IMG/VR virus record: IMGVR_UViG_3300020477_000001
Location: 1-64,000 of that record
DNA: 64,000 nucleotides
Direction: 5' to 3' (one strand)
DNA from: a virus
Both the position numbers and the translations under genes were made by a program. The notes beneath the pieces were generated by a model. The model had not been told where the DNA came from, searched no databases, and worked only from the letters and a program-made list of their open reading frames with translations. Positions 51,428 through 60,491 of this stretch are shown in pieces; the first letter of the stretch is position 1; each line of letters begins with the position of its first letter.

Positions 51428-52650
51428 ACAATTTTTTTGAGAATTTTAAAATATTTTAAGTCTTTCCAGAAAAGCTTGGACATTTCGCTGTCTTCATGCA
51501 GGTCTACTGCCTCAAAAACAAGACTATCATCTAGCGTACTTGTTCCGTCCTGCGTGGCTAATGCGTACTCTGAGGGGTATACCTTCCCATTGGAAAGTAT
51601 TTTTTTACATGATTGGTAGTAAGTTATTCCATTTAATTCCTCTTCGGGGTTTGATTTCTTAAAGTCTTCAATAGATTGGAACTCTTCTTTTTTAATTAAA
51701 TTTAAATCCATGTATTCTAATTTTATTTTACTTAGTTTGTCTTCGGGTAGATCAGACATTAGCTGGAATTTGAATCCGAGTCTTCTTAGCATTCTTACGA
51801 AATCACTGTTGTTGTTCTCTTCTATTATGTAAATTATATTTACTTTATCTTTGTAGGGTGATAGTTGCTGCGCGTCGAATGGGGTTTTGGTTACTATACT
51901 GATTTGCTTGCTATTTATTCTGGATATAGCGTCCATGAAGATTTGAGGGTTGGGTTTACCCATGTCTAGTCTCATCTTGGTTTGAACTTCGTTATCAATT
52001 AAGCTCAAGTCATACTTAAAGATTGGTGAATCAGATAAGAAGTGTACGTTTTGCGAAGGGTAAAGCTCTCCGATGAATATAGTATCAAATTTTCTTTTTG
52101 ATTTAATTTCAAGTGAAGTAAAAATAGCATCAACTATTTTCTCTGGGCTTATGGAATTTATTGTCTGTGGGTTTTCGCCATCAAAATAAGATGGCTTGCC
52201 TTCTATTTGCGGGCTTATTATTTTACAGTTTTCTTTTGCCCAATAAGGTTTAGATACTGATTCATGCACCGTGGAAATTAAGCATATCTGTTTTTTGTCG
52301 TAAGAAGAAGCTATGTCTGAGTTTATATTGTCAACTCCTACGTGAAGTAGACTATTCCTAATTAAGTATGCAACTTGGTTTTCCGTAGGATTGCTCGCTG
52401 GGTGACAGCCTCGGTAAGGGGATTCGCAATTTAATTGAATAACAGATATGTTTCTCGACTCAAGAACGGGCACTATTTCAGCCATTATCTCTTTCCAGTA
52501 CTTGTATTTTCTTGAGTTAGGTACGCGAGAAACGTCTAGCGTTATGTAGCTTTGATCTTTCCCTAGTGATAGTGGGAAAAAGTCTTCGTATATGAAGGGG
52601 TCTGATATTTTGACTCCTGCATTAAGCGCGTATGATTCTAGGTAGTGCAT
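51424..52650 (-). CDS. Glycosyltransferase family 9-like protein (C-terminal half of a heptosyltransferase-type fold plus extension)
   Basis: RKYKYWKEI..., VIQL and LIRNSLLHVGVDN..SDIASSYDKKQICL match the GT9 C-terminal pattern. Confidence 0.65.
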   Translation of the reverse strand: MHYLESYALNAGVKISDPFIYEDFFPLSLGKDQSYITLDVSRVPNSRKYKYWKEIMAEIVPVLESRNISVIQLNCESPYRGCHPASNPTENQVAYLIRNSLLHVGVDNINSDIASSYDKKQICLISTVHESVSKPYWAKENCKIISPQIEGKPSYFDGENPQTINSISPEKIVDAIFTSLEIKSKRKFDTIFIGELYPSQNVHFLSDSPIFKYDLSLIDNEVQTKMRLDMGKPNPQIFMDAISRINSKQISIVTKTPFDAQQLSPYKDKVNIIYIIEENNNSDFVRMLRRLGFKFQLMSDLPEDKLSKIKLEYMDLNLIKKEEFQSIEDFKKSNPEEELNGITYYQSCKKILSNGKVYPSEYALATQDGTSTLDDSLVFEAVDLHEDSEMSKLFWKDLKYFKILKKIV

Positions 52651-54551
52651 TTTATGTCGAAGGCAATTTTGTCTCTTCCGTTTCTTGAGAAATTTGAAAT
52701 CTTTTGAGTGTTTACATGGGGTAAAAATACTATATCGAAGAATCCTTTGTGTTCTCCTCTGCCTTCAAGTAGGAGTACGTCTTCCATTTGTGGGGAGTAG
52801 GGTATTGTCCTGTGTACGTTCTCGTTTCCTTTGAGGATATGAGCGTGCTTCATATTTGTTGCTACGTATAGGTTGTGTTCTGGGTATGTATTTTTAATTG
52901 ATTTAAAAAGTCCAGTAGAAAGATACAAGTCTCTTTCTGTTTCTGGGATTACGTATAAGATTCTGTTTTCCCTTCCTTCGTCATCGAGTAATTCTTCTAG
53001 GTCTTTTTTGTTTTTCTCTGAATTTTCTTTTCTCGCTACGTTCCTAAAGTATTCTTCGATACTTTGCTTGCTAGCGCCTTTTTTGATTTCTTGCATCCAG
53101 TAAAGGTAACCTTCGTCTTCTTGATTTACGTCTCGATTGAGTATCTCTTTGTATAGGGACTTTATCCATTCTCCGTTATCTGAGATTTCCGGTATTTCTG
53201 CGTCTGGGTTTTTGGCTTTTTCTTCTAGCTTAAAATTAAAATCAGAAAATGGAGCCTTATCTATAAACTCTTCTATAATTTTACCTACAGATTTGGGTGA
53301 AAAGTTTTTAAGTGTCCAGTCTCTCGCCTTCTTACCCATGTCGGCTCTAGCTTTAGGTTTAATGGATATTACTTTTCGGAGTTGCTTGGCAATTGAGTTG
53401 GGGTTTGTTGAGGCTTTTTTGAATTCTGTGCCGTGTTCTCTGTACTCAAACCACTCAAGGGGTAATGAGTTGGCTTCCGGTTTACACATCTCCTCTCCAC
53501 AACTATAATTAGTTACAAGGGTGATAAGTTCTGTAAGCTTTGCTTCTTGTATTGGTATTTCTTGACCACCAGAAGTAAAGGGGTGGCAATATACGTCCAT
53601 CAAGTTATACACTTGGTTTAATTGGCGTTCGCCAATGCCGTGACCTACGCTTGTTGTTACTATTGATTTAGGGTCTCCACAAGCTCTGCATGGTCCCTCC
53701 TCTCCCTTGTAGTCTTGGACCGTAAAGCTGCCACAAGACTTGCATAGGTACGTAGTTAGGATGTCTTGAGGCTCAATTCCGTATTCTTTGGATAGCTTTG
53801 GTATTGACCACCCTTCGGTGAAGGAAGTATGTAGTAACAGCTTGGCAGGTACTTGGGGATTTTTATTTTTAAAAATTTTAAAACCTTCAAGTAGATTAGG
53901 TACTGACTTTCTGAGTTGATTCCTAAACACAAAGCCAATAATAAAGTCATTGGGGTTGATGCCAAAGGAGTGTCTTAGGTGCAGTCTTTCGTTTTCGTCG
54001 AGCTTAAAGAAGTATTCATCATCAACTGCGCCATGAACGGTTTTAGCGTTGCTGTAGCCCATTTTATTGAGTTCTTTAGTGGCGAAATCGCTCCAAATCC
54101 AATAGTTGTCTACTTTTTCAGCAGCTTGAACCGCTGTCGGCAGTATAGGTAGCGAATCCAAGGTAGTCCAAATTGCAGATGTAATTTTGTTAAACCACTT
54201 TTTATTTATTGCAAAATCTACTCCCCAAATATCTTGAACCGCTATATAAACGTCTGGCTTTTCCTGTTCTATGATTTTATCTATAGAGTGAGCGCCATAT
54301 GACGCTGACCTTGCTAAATGGGGGTCTCTTTGGATATGTTCTAACTCAGAAGGATTGTTTGGAAGCGTACCTATGCTTTTCCAAGGGGTTCTCTGAAGGT
54401 CTTCTACGCCGTCTACCATTCCGCAGCAAAAGTGAGTTATCTCGTATTTGCCAGTTTTGTATAAATAAGTCAAAAGGGCTCTGGCATTTCTGCCAAAGCC
54501 TGTCTTTGCCAGAGCAAAATCGCTCTGAAAGAGAAGTTTCTTTTTTTTCAT
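52638..54551 (-). CDS. GT-B (GT4-like) glycosyltransferase with CxxC-CxxC insert and C-terminal GT9 N-domain
   Basis: KTGFGRNA, FRNQLRKS, DVYCHPFTSGGQEIPIQEA and CKSC..CRAC. The ATG at 54551 overlaps the upstream stop. Confidence 0.8.
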   Translation of the reverse strand: MKKKKLLFQSDFALAKTGFGRNARALLTYLYKTGKYEITHFCCGMVDGVEDLQRTPWKSIGTLPNNPSELEHIQRDPHLARSASYGAHSIDKIIEQEKPDVYIAVQDIWGVDFAINKKWFNKITSAIWTTLDSLPILPTAVQAAEKVDNYWIWSDFATKELNKMGYSNAKTVHGAVDDEYFFKLDENERLHLRHSFGINPNDFIIGFVFRNQLRKSVPNLLEGFKIFKNKNPQVPAKLLLHTSFTEGWSIPKLSKEYGIEPQDILTTYLCKSCGSFTVQDYKGEEGPCRACGDPKSIVTTSVGHGIGERQLNQVYNLMDVYCHPFTSGGQEIPIQEAKLTELITLVTNYSCGEEMCKPEANSLPLEWFEYREHGTEFKKASTNPNSIAKQLRKVISIKPKARADMGKKARDWTLKNFSPKSVGKIIEEFIDKAPFSDFNFKLEEKAKNPDAEIPEISDNGEWIKSLYKEILNRDVNQEDEGYLYWMQEIKKGASKQSIEEYFRNVARKENSEKNKKDLEELLDDEGRENRILYVIPETERDLYLSTGLFKSIKNTYPEHNLYVATNMKHAHILKGNENVHRTIPYSPQMEDVLLLEGRGEHKGFFDIVFLPHVNTQKISNFSRNGRDKIAFDIKCTT

Positions 54552-55132
54552 TACCACTCTAAGTCTTCGTCATCGTCTGGAACGGTTACTTTTTGCGGTT
54601 CATTGTTGGTTTCTTTTTTGAACTGCTTGTTTTGTGGCTTATAGTCCATCTCCTTGAAGTCAAAAGTTTTTCTAAGAGATTCTTGTAGGTAAAGTTCTAG
54701 GAGTTTCGACTCTGACCAGTCAAGCCCAATGACTACTGTATTTTTATTAGTTGAATCATCCTTGGGTTGCCAAGTGATTCTGTAGGAAAAACCAAGTTGG
54801 TCTCCTACTTTAACCCACTCGTCGCCTTCTTTTCTCTTTTTCCAGTAGCCCTCGAAGCTGATTTGGACAACCTGCTTAGATGATTGATGGTACGCTGAGA
54901 AAGAACTGTTTCTCTGAATGGCGTTAATGATCCCTGCCGCCTCATTGGCGGAAAATTTCACCATGACCTTGCCGTTGGGGTTATCTTTATTCTGTGAGAA
55001 CGAGCCTTTTTTTGCTTTATCGTCCCAAGAGTGCTGTTTGATTTGGGACGACATAATAGACCCCTTGGCGTCTACCCAAAAAGAGCAAGCGGAGCCTTTG
55101 CTGCTTGGATTTGGCTTATAGAATTGTAACAT
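54551..55132 (-). CDS. Putative ssDNA-binding protein (Whirly/PC4-like) with acidic tail
   Basis: QFYK...SWD...VKFSANEAAGII..FSAYH pattern; C-terminus DDDEDLEW; adjacent to the polymerase gene. Confidence 0.5.
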   Translation of the reverse strand: MLQFYKPNPSSKGSACSFWVDAKGSIMSSQIKQHSWDDKAKKGSFSQNKDNPNGKVMVKFSANEAAGIINAIQRNSSFSAYHQSSKQVVQISFEGYWKKRKEGDEWVKVGDQLGFSYRITWQPKDDSTNKNTVVIGLDWSESKLLELYLQESLRKTFDFKEMDYKPQNKQFKKETNNEPQKVTVPDDDEDLEW

Positions 55133-55138
55133 GGTTAG

Positions 55139-55167
55139 AGATTAGGTTGTTTTTTAATTTTAGTCAA
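55139..55167 (-). promoter_or_regulatory. Sigma70-like promoter TTGACT-17-TAATCT
   Basis: Minus strand reads TTGACT AAAATTAAAAAACAACC TAATCT ctaaccATG. Confidence 0.7.
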
Positions 55168-57775
55168 GATTTTTTTTGTCATTTTTAAGTTCACTGAGCT
55201 TGGTGTAAACCTTGTTATCTTGTACGGAGATTAAGTCGGCAAAAACTACATCATCTTTAGTGATTCCTTTTACTATAACTATCTCTCCTTCCTTGGGGTG
55301 TCCTCCGTTGAGTTCTTTGCTTTGGTCCATTTTATCGTTGAAAATCATTACTTTGATAGCATTAGTTTCGTCTGAGATCATGGTTCTGTAGTACCTGCTC
55401 TTCTTCGCACTCCTAGAAACTCCAGTGTAAGGTTTTTCGGCTACTCTGCCGATGAAGCATACTCTCTGATTTTCGGGTAGCTCTACCACAGTTGATAGCG
55501 GCGTTAGTCTGAGACTACCGTTGACGTATTGGTCTCGTTTTTGGGAAAATATGTCTATTAGTCTGGTGTTGTATGTATAGCCAAGTAGGTTGTTTTCATA
55601 GAACCAATTAGCAAAGGATTCTGATTTTTTATTTTTTAAATAAATTTGTTTATATCCTTCGCACTTTTTCTGTATAGTGTTTACTCTTGATTCCTTGATG
55701 AAATTTTTACCTTTTTCATCAACTTCTTGAGAGAGGTGCTTAACGATGGCTACTAGGTCATAGTCGAATTTTTCTCCTATAGGTAGGCAGAGGCGTTTTT
55801 CTCTAGGCGTTAATATACTCCAGAGTTGGGCTTCGTAAACTACTTTTGTCCTTGATTGTGAAAAACCTTCTAGCACTCCCGCTTGTATTAGTGGGCAGAT
55901 TATACTTAAACCAAGGCCAGCTTCTTCTGCTGCTTCAAGAATTTCTAGTTTGTTTGAGTATTCGCTTTTAAAATTATTTAATTTTTCAATGGATTTATCT
56001 GAGATACCTTTAATTGAGAGCAGCCCGAATCTGATATCCTTGCCTTGAATTGAGAAATCCATCTCGGATTTGATCATGTGTGGGGGTAGTAGCTTAACCC
56101 CAAAGTGGTGTAGCTCTTTTTGGATTTTTGAGATTTCTGATATCGGGTCTGGCTCGTGCCTAGTCATTTGAAGCAAGCTCAATGCGAACTCTTTTGGGTA
56201 TTTGTATTTCAAGTAGACAGTTGCCGCTGCAAGGGCAGCGTATGCAATGGAGTGAGATTTATTGAAGGAGTAGTTTGCTGAGTCCTCAAGAACCTTCCAT
56301 AGCACATCGCCAATTTCTGGGTCTAGCTTATTACTTTTGATTTTTTCGGATATTTTCTTTTTCCAAGTTTTAACTTCGGATACTTTCTTTTTACCGACGA
56401 TTCGCCTCAATATCTCGGCTTCATCAAGTGTAAAGCCGATCTTATGCGCCATTTTCATCATCTGCTCTTGGTATAGGCATACGCCACCAGTAGAAGATAA
56501 GATGTCGTCGAAGAATGGGTGGACGCTTTGCGAGTCTCCTGTTTCAGCGTATTTAGCATATTGATCAACGTAAGATAGTGCACCGGGTCTTGCTAGCGCG
56601 AGAACTGCGCTGAGTTCATCTAGGTTTTTCGGCTTCACCTTTCTGCAAACCTTAAAGTTCGTATCTGCCTCAATTTGAAACAGTCCGTGTGGCTGTTTTA
56701 GGTCTTGTAGTTGCTGGTAAATAAAGTCATCATTGAAGTCAATGTCATCAACTGTTATACCTATGGTTTTGCAAGCTCTATCAACCACAGAAACGCTCCT
56801 CAGCCCCAATATGTCAAGTTTTACACTTAGGTCTGAAACCCAGTTCATATCGTAAGAGCTAACCGTACTTTCTTTGTCTGAGGCCAACTCAGTTGGGCAC
56901 GACTTATTCATCAAGTCGTATGATATCGATACTGCTGATGGGTGTACGCCTTTGTTTTTAACTAGGTTTCTTAATTTTAAGGCTACATTAAATGAGGTTT
57001 TGTTTTCGTCGCACCACTCTTTAAATTCTTCTGATTCGTCGTAACTTTCTTGGAGGTCTTTCACTGAGCCGAAGACTTTTGGAATCATTGCAGAGACATT
57101 ATTCATCTCGTTTTCCTTTTTGCCTCCTACAATTTTTCCGCATTCTTTGATCAGCAGTTTAGTGGTGAGGGTGTTTAGGGTGAGGATTTTACTGGTTCTG
57201 CCTTTAAACTTATCTTCAAGATACTGAAGTACTTTTTGTCGATTATAGTAGCAGATATCTAGGTCCACGTCGCACATTAAGGAACCGTCAAGATATGTGA
57301 TTCCCTTGATTTCTTTTTTCTTTGCTCTGATTTTAGATACAAATCTCTCGAAGTATAGTTCATGTTTTACTGAATCAATTTTTGTAACACCTATCAAGAA
57401 CAGTACGATGCTGCCAGCCGCAGAGCCGCGCCCTAGCCCAGTGGGAATGTCGTTTTTCTTGCAGTAATTAATTACGTCCCATACCAATAGTATATAATCG
57501 GTAAAACCCAATTCTTCTAAAGTTTCTAATTCATATTTTATTCTATCTACATACTTTTGGTATTCTTCGCTGCCTTTTTTAAGCTTTAGTTTTTTAAAAC
57601 CATCCAGACACAGTGCTCTTAAGAAATCAAAGTTGCTAATGTCTTCGCTGACTTTGATTTTATGTTTTTCGGTTTTTTCTATAGTGAACCTTGGTAGCCT
57701 TACTCCGTGTAAGCCCAAGTCGTAGTTTCCGAAAGATGAGCAAAATTGCTCTGCTGTTAGATTTGTACTTGCCAT
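55160..57775 (-). CDS. dnaE: DNA polymerase III alpha core (C-family), lacking PHP domain
   Basis: GLGRGSAAGS, YFERF, CDVDLD, KLDILGL, GLFQIE, YQEQMM, YSFNKSHSIAYA and a C-terminal OB fold. Confidence 0.93.
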   Translation of the reverse strand: MASTNLTAEQFCSSFGNYDLGLHGVRLPRFTIEKTEKHKIKVSEDISNFDFLRALCLDGFKKLKLKKGSEEYQKYVDRIKYELETLEELGFTDYILLVWDVINYCKKNDIPTGLGRGSAAGSIVLFLIGVTKIDSVKHELYFERFVSKIRAKKKEIKGITYLDGSLMCDVDLDICYYNRQKVLQYLEDKFKGRTSKILTLNTLTTKLLIKECGKIVGGKKENEMNNVSAMIPKVFGSVKDLQESYDESEEFKEWCDENKTSFNVALKLRNLVKNKGVHPSAVSISYDLMNKSCPTELASDKESTVSSYDMNWVSDLSVKLDILGLRSVSVVDRACKTIGITVDDIDFNDDFIYQQLQDLKQPHGLFQIEADTNFKVCRKVKPKNLDELSAVLALARPGALSYVDQYAKYAETGDSQSVHPFFDDILSSTGGVCLYQEQMMKMAHKIGFTLDEAEILRRIVGKKKVSEVKTWKKKISEKIKSNKLDPEIGDVLWKVLEDSANYSFNKSHSIAYAALAAATVYLKYKYPKEFALSLLQMTRHEPDPISEISKIQKELHHFGVKLLPPHMIKSEMDFSIQGKDIRFGLLSIKGISDKSIEKLNNFKSEYSNKLEILEAAEEAGLGLSIICPLIQAGVLEGFSQSRTKVVYEAQLWSILTPREKRLCLPIGEKFDYDLVAIVKHLSQEVDEKGKNFIKESRVNTIQKKCEGYKQIYLKNKKSESFANWFYENNLLGYTYNTRLIDIFSQKRDQYVNGSLRLTPLSTVVELPENQRVCFIGRVAEKPYTGVSRSAKKSRYYRTMISDETNAIKVMIFNDKMDQSKELNGGHPKEGEIVIVKGITKDDVVFADLISVQDNKVYTKLSELKNDKKNLD

Positions 57776-58395
57776 TTCAATTTATTCCAAACTTTTAGAT
57801 TGAGTTTAAGGTCAACGATAGCATTATGTAGGTTATCGTAATCGTGATCTATGTTGAATTCCTTACCTAACCAAGTGAGGTTGCTTTTAATTTTCTTAAA
57901 TCTAGTGTGATAGATTTTATATTGGTAAGCGGTGAAATCCATTTCTCCGTCGTAAGGCACTTCGCCTTTGATACCTCTGGCTATACAGTTCGTGTCTATC
58001 ATTTTGGAGACAAGGTGCTTATAGTCCTTGCCCATGTATTTGTAAAAGTCTCTAATTAGGTAAAGGTCAAACCCAAGAATGTTGTGACCAACTACGTAGT
58101 CTGCGTTATCTAGCCAATCCATGACCGTGGGTAAAATGCCTTCTGGAGCAACGCCTTTTTTTTCCATGTCTTTTGGGTTGTACTTAGTAATTCTTGCTGC
58201 ATCTTCGCTGATTTCTAGATCAGTTTCCCATTTAACATAAAAATCTTTTTCATCTACAGATTTGTCTCCTTTAACCTTGAGCATCGAAATCTGCCAAGGC
58301 AGATTGTGACACGAGTGTAGGCAAAGATTAAATGTTTCGCAGTCAATGAAGACTAGCTCTTTGCTCTTGTTAAATCTTAGCAGGTGTTCGTCCAT
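57757..58395 (-). CDS. DEDDh 3'-5' exonuclease (DnaQ/epsilon-like)
   Basis: FIDCET, VGHNILGFD, IDT and LHNAIVDL. Confidence 0.88.
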   Translation of the reverse strand: MDEHLLRFNKSKELVFIDCETFNLCLHSCHNLPWQISMLKVKGDKSVDEKDFYVKWETDLEISEDAARITKYNPKDMEKKGVAPEGILPTVMDWLDNADYVVGHNILGFDLYLIRDFYKYMGKDYKHLVSKMIDTNCIARGIKGEVPYDGEMDFTAYQYKIYHTRFKKIKSNLTWLGKEFNIDHDYDNLHNAIVDLKLNLKVWNKLKWQVQI

Positions 58396-58799
58396 TATCT
58401 TTTAATTCGGTGACTGTCGCTATCCTTGTGGTGTGTGCTTATTTCTATAAACTCTACATCTCCATCGTAGGCTATTAATTGATGAGGTAAGCCTCTGGGT
58501 ATCTCTAGCGTTTCGCCTTCATAAATTATTCTTTTTACTTCTGTTCCTTCCATCGTGTCAATAGTATTTACCTGTAGCGAGCCTTTGGTTATGTAAAACG
58601 TTTCATGCTTCTCCATGTGGAAGTGCATCGATGAATTGTAGCCTTGATTAATTTGGAGTATCTTGCCGCAGTAATTTTCTTCTGGATTGTTCGCCATCCA
58701 GATTTCTCTACCCCAGTCCTTCTCTACAACTTTAGGTTGTCCGACTTTCCTTTCTTTCTGTTGCCCTTCTCTCCAGATTTCACCGCCAGTCTTTTTCAT
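58395..58799 (-). CDS. Cupin-domain protein (mannose-6-phosphate isomerase/sugar isomerase-like)
   Basis: VEKDWGREIW, SMHFHMEKHETFY, IPRGLPHQL and IEIST. Confidence 0.8.
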   Translation of the reverse strand: MKKTGGEIWREGQQKERKVGQPKVVEKDWGREIWMANNPEENYCGKILQINQGYNSSMHFHMEKHETFYITKGSLQVNTIDTMEGTEVKRIIYEGETLEIPRGLPHQLIAYDGDVEFIEISTHHKDSDSHRIKR

Positions 58800-59554
58800 T
58801 GATTTTCCTTCCAGCTTTCGAAAGAGAACTCGTCGCTACACATATGTTCTATTTCTGGTTTATCTAGTGTGCTTCTGTTGTTGATGCATCTAAATGTTAG
58901 GTAAGCCTTGAAATCTTCTCTGTTTTTGTAAAAAATGCTTTTAGATTTCATGACCTCGTTCGAGTTTTTCTCCGCGTATTCTAGAACTCTGTTTTTGAGC
59001 ATATCGTCAAAAGGTAGCCCGTTTGACTCAACCATTAACACTGGCTTGGTGAAGTCGAATTCTGGAACGCATGTAGAACATGCTAGCAAGTTTTTGTATA
59101 TGAAGGAATCATAAAATGGTATACAAAGCGATAAATCTTTGTCGTCCCATACTTCTGCGATGCTTTTATAGTCTGTTCTTGGTGTATAGTAGAATCCTTC
59201 GAGCGAGGCTTTTGTGCTTAACTTGATAAGCTTTGCGTATCCTTTTTTATTTTTAACAAAAATAATTGCTTTGTGGGTTTTTTGTAATTGAGATTCATTT
59301 TTTTCAGAAAGGTCTGAGCAGACTGACATCCTTAAGCCAAAGGCTAATTTAATTTTGGCCTCCTTACAGTTTCTGTATGCTTGTAGGTAGCCAGTCATCG
59401 CGTCATCTACGAGCGGTAAGGTCTTAATATCATTGTCGTGGCATATGTCTATAATAGAGTCTGGCCCATCCTTTACTGATGAACCTTGGGCTTCTAAGGT
59501 TAGAATGCTTCTTCCTAGCGAATAATGGGATTTAAATATGGGTAGGGCTCTCAT
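58796..59554 (-). CDS. Stand-alone PHP domain of DNA polymerase III alpha (degenerate metal ligands)
   Basis: FKSHYSLGRSIL, LVDD.MTG, KNKKGYAKLIKLSTKASLEGFYYTPRTD. Confidence 0.85.
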   Translation of the reverse strand: MRALPIFKSHYSLGRSILTLEAQGSSVKDGPDSIIDICHDNDIKTLPLVDDAMTGYLQAYRNCKEAKIKLAFGLRMSVCSDLSEKNESQLQKTHKAIIFVKNKKGYAKLIKLSTKASLEGFYYTPRTDYKSIAEVWDDKDLSLCIPFYDSFIYKNLLACSTCVPEFDFTKPVLMVESNGLPFDDMLKNRVLEYAEKNSNEVMKSKSIFYKNREDFKAYLTFRCINNRSTLDKPEIEHMCSDEFSFESWKENQ

Positions 59555-59555
59555 T

Positions 59556-60491
59556 TTATCCTTGATAGTGCGCTGGACAGCCGTTGTATTTCATTTTAAC
59601 CATTTTGGTTTTAGCAGTCATTGACTCTATAAGCTCCTCTTTCTCAAAAGCGGTTTTAACTATGTCTCCTTTTTCGTTTTTGATTGCGTAGTATTCAAGT
59701 GGGTCTAAGTAAGGGCATCTCCATGTTTTACCAGCTTTGCAAAGCCATTGGGTCTTGGGGTTACCTGCCGCAAATTTTGATGTAGCCTTTTCTTCGGTAA
59801 AGTTATTAATTTGCTCGTATACAAAGGCCATGTAGTGTTTGAAGCCTTCCAATTGGTCTTGGGATGCTTCTACTTGTTGTACGGGCTGCTTAGGGAATCT
59901 TAGGAATTGGAACTCAGCTATGACGTTTTCAATGTCGGGCCAAATTTCTTTCGCAGCAATCGTGTATGCCATTGCTTGAAAGTTCGCTGTTAGCTCTTCT
60001 CCTCTGAATTTATATTTACTTGATTTATAATCTACAATTTTAACTAAGTTTTTGTTTTTATATACCGCAGACTTATCGATAAACCCTCTGCATTTGTATT
60101 TTGGGTCTTTGCTTTCGATAAGGAACTCTCTTTCAGCTTCTAGGTCTTCGCTGCCGTTCATCCAAAAGTCTGTATTGAGCCCGACTACGATCATGTCATT
60201 GCATAGGTCATAGTTTTCTTCATTCAACCTTCCAGCCTTTTTAAGGTGTTTAATTACTAGTCTTTTAACTGAAGGAACTCCGTCTAAGCCTTTGTCGATA
60301 AGTAGCTTTAAGTGTTTATCTCTTTGCTTTCCTAGAATTAGCTCGAAGACGAGGTGGCAGATTGTTCCACGCATTGCGCCATCGTTTTGCTTCTGAGGCA
60401 GCATTAGGTGGTAATTGCACCAGTAGCGCCAAGTGCAGTCTTCCAGAGTCTTCATTCTGGACGGAGAAAGTATTCTTTCTTTTTTACTCAT
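59556..60491 (-). CDS. PD-(D/E)XK RecB/Cas4-like exonuclease
   Basis: LSPS..C, RGTICH, GFIDK, IVDYKSSK, Q...Y and a C-terminal Cys cluster. Confidence 0.85.
   Translation of the reverse strand: MSKKERILSPSRMKTLEDCTWRYWCNYHLMLPQKQNDGAMRGTICHLVFELILGKQRDKHLKLLIDKGLDGVPSVKRLVIKHLKKAGRLNEENYDLCNDMIVVGLNTDFWMNGSEDLEAEREFLIESKDPKYKCRGFIDKSAVYKNKNLVKIVDYKSSKYKFRGEELTANFQAMAYTIAAKEIWPDIENVIAEFQFLRFPKQPVQQVEASQDQLEGFKHYMAFVYEQINNFTEEKATSKFAAGNPKTQWLCKAGKTWRCPYLDPLEYYAIKNEKGDIVKTAFEKEELIESMTAKTKMVKMKYNGCPAHYQG

Noticed and set aside
59556-60491. Cas4 as part of a CRISPR-Cas system
   Set aside because: No cas1/cas2 or array is seen, and the context is a replication module.
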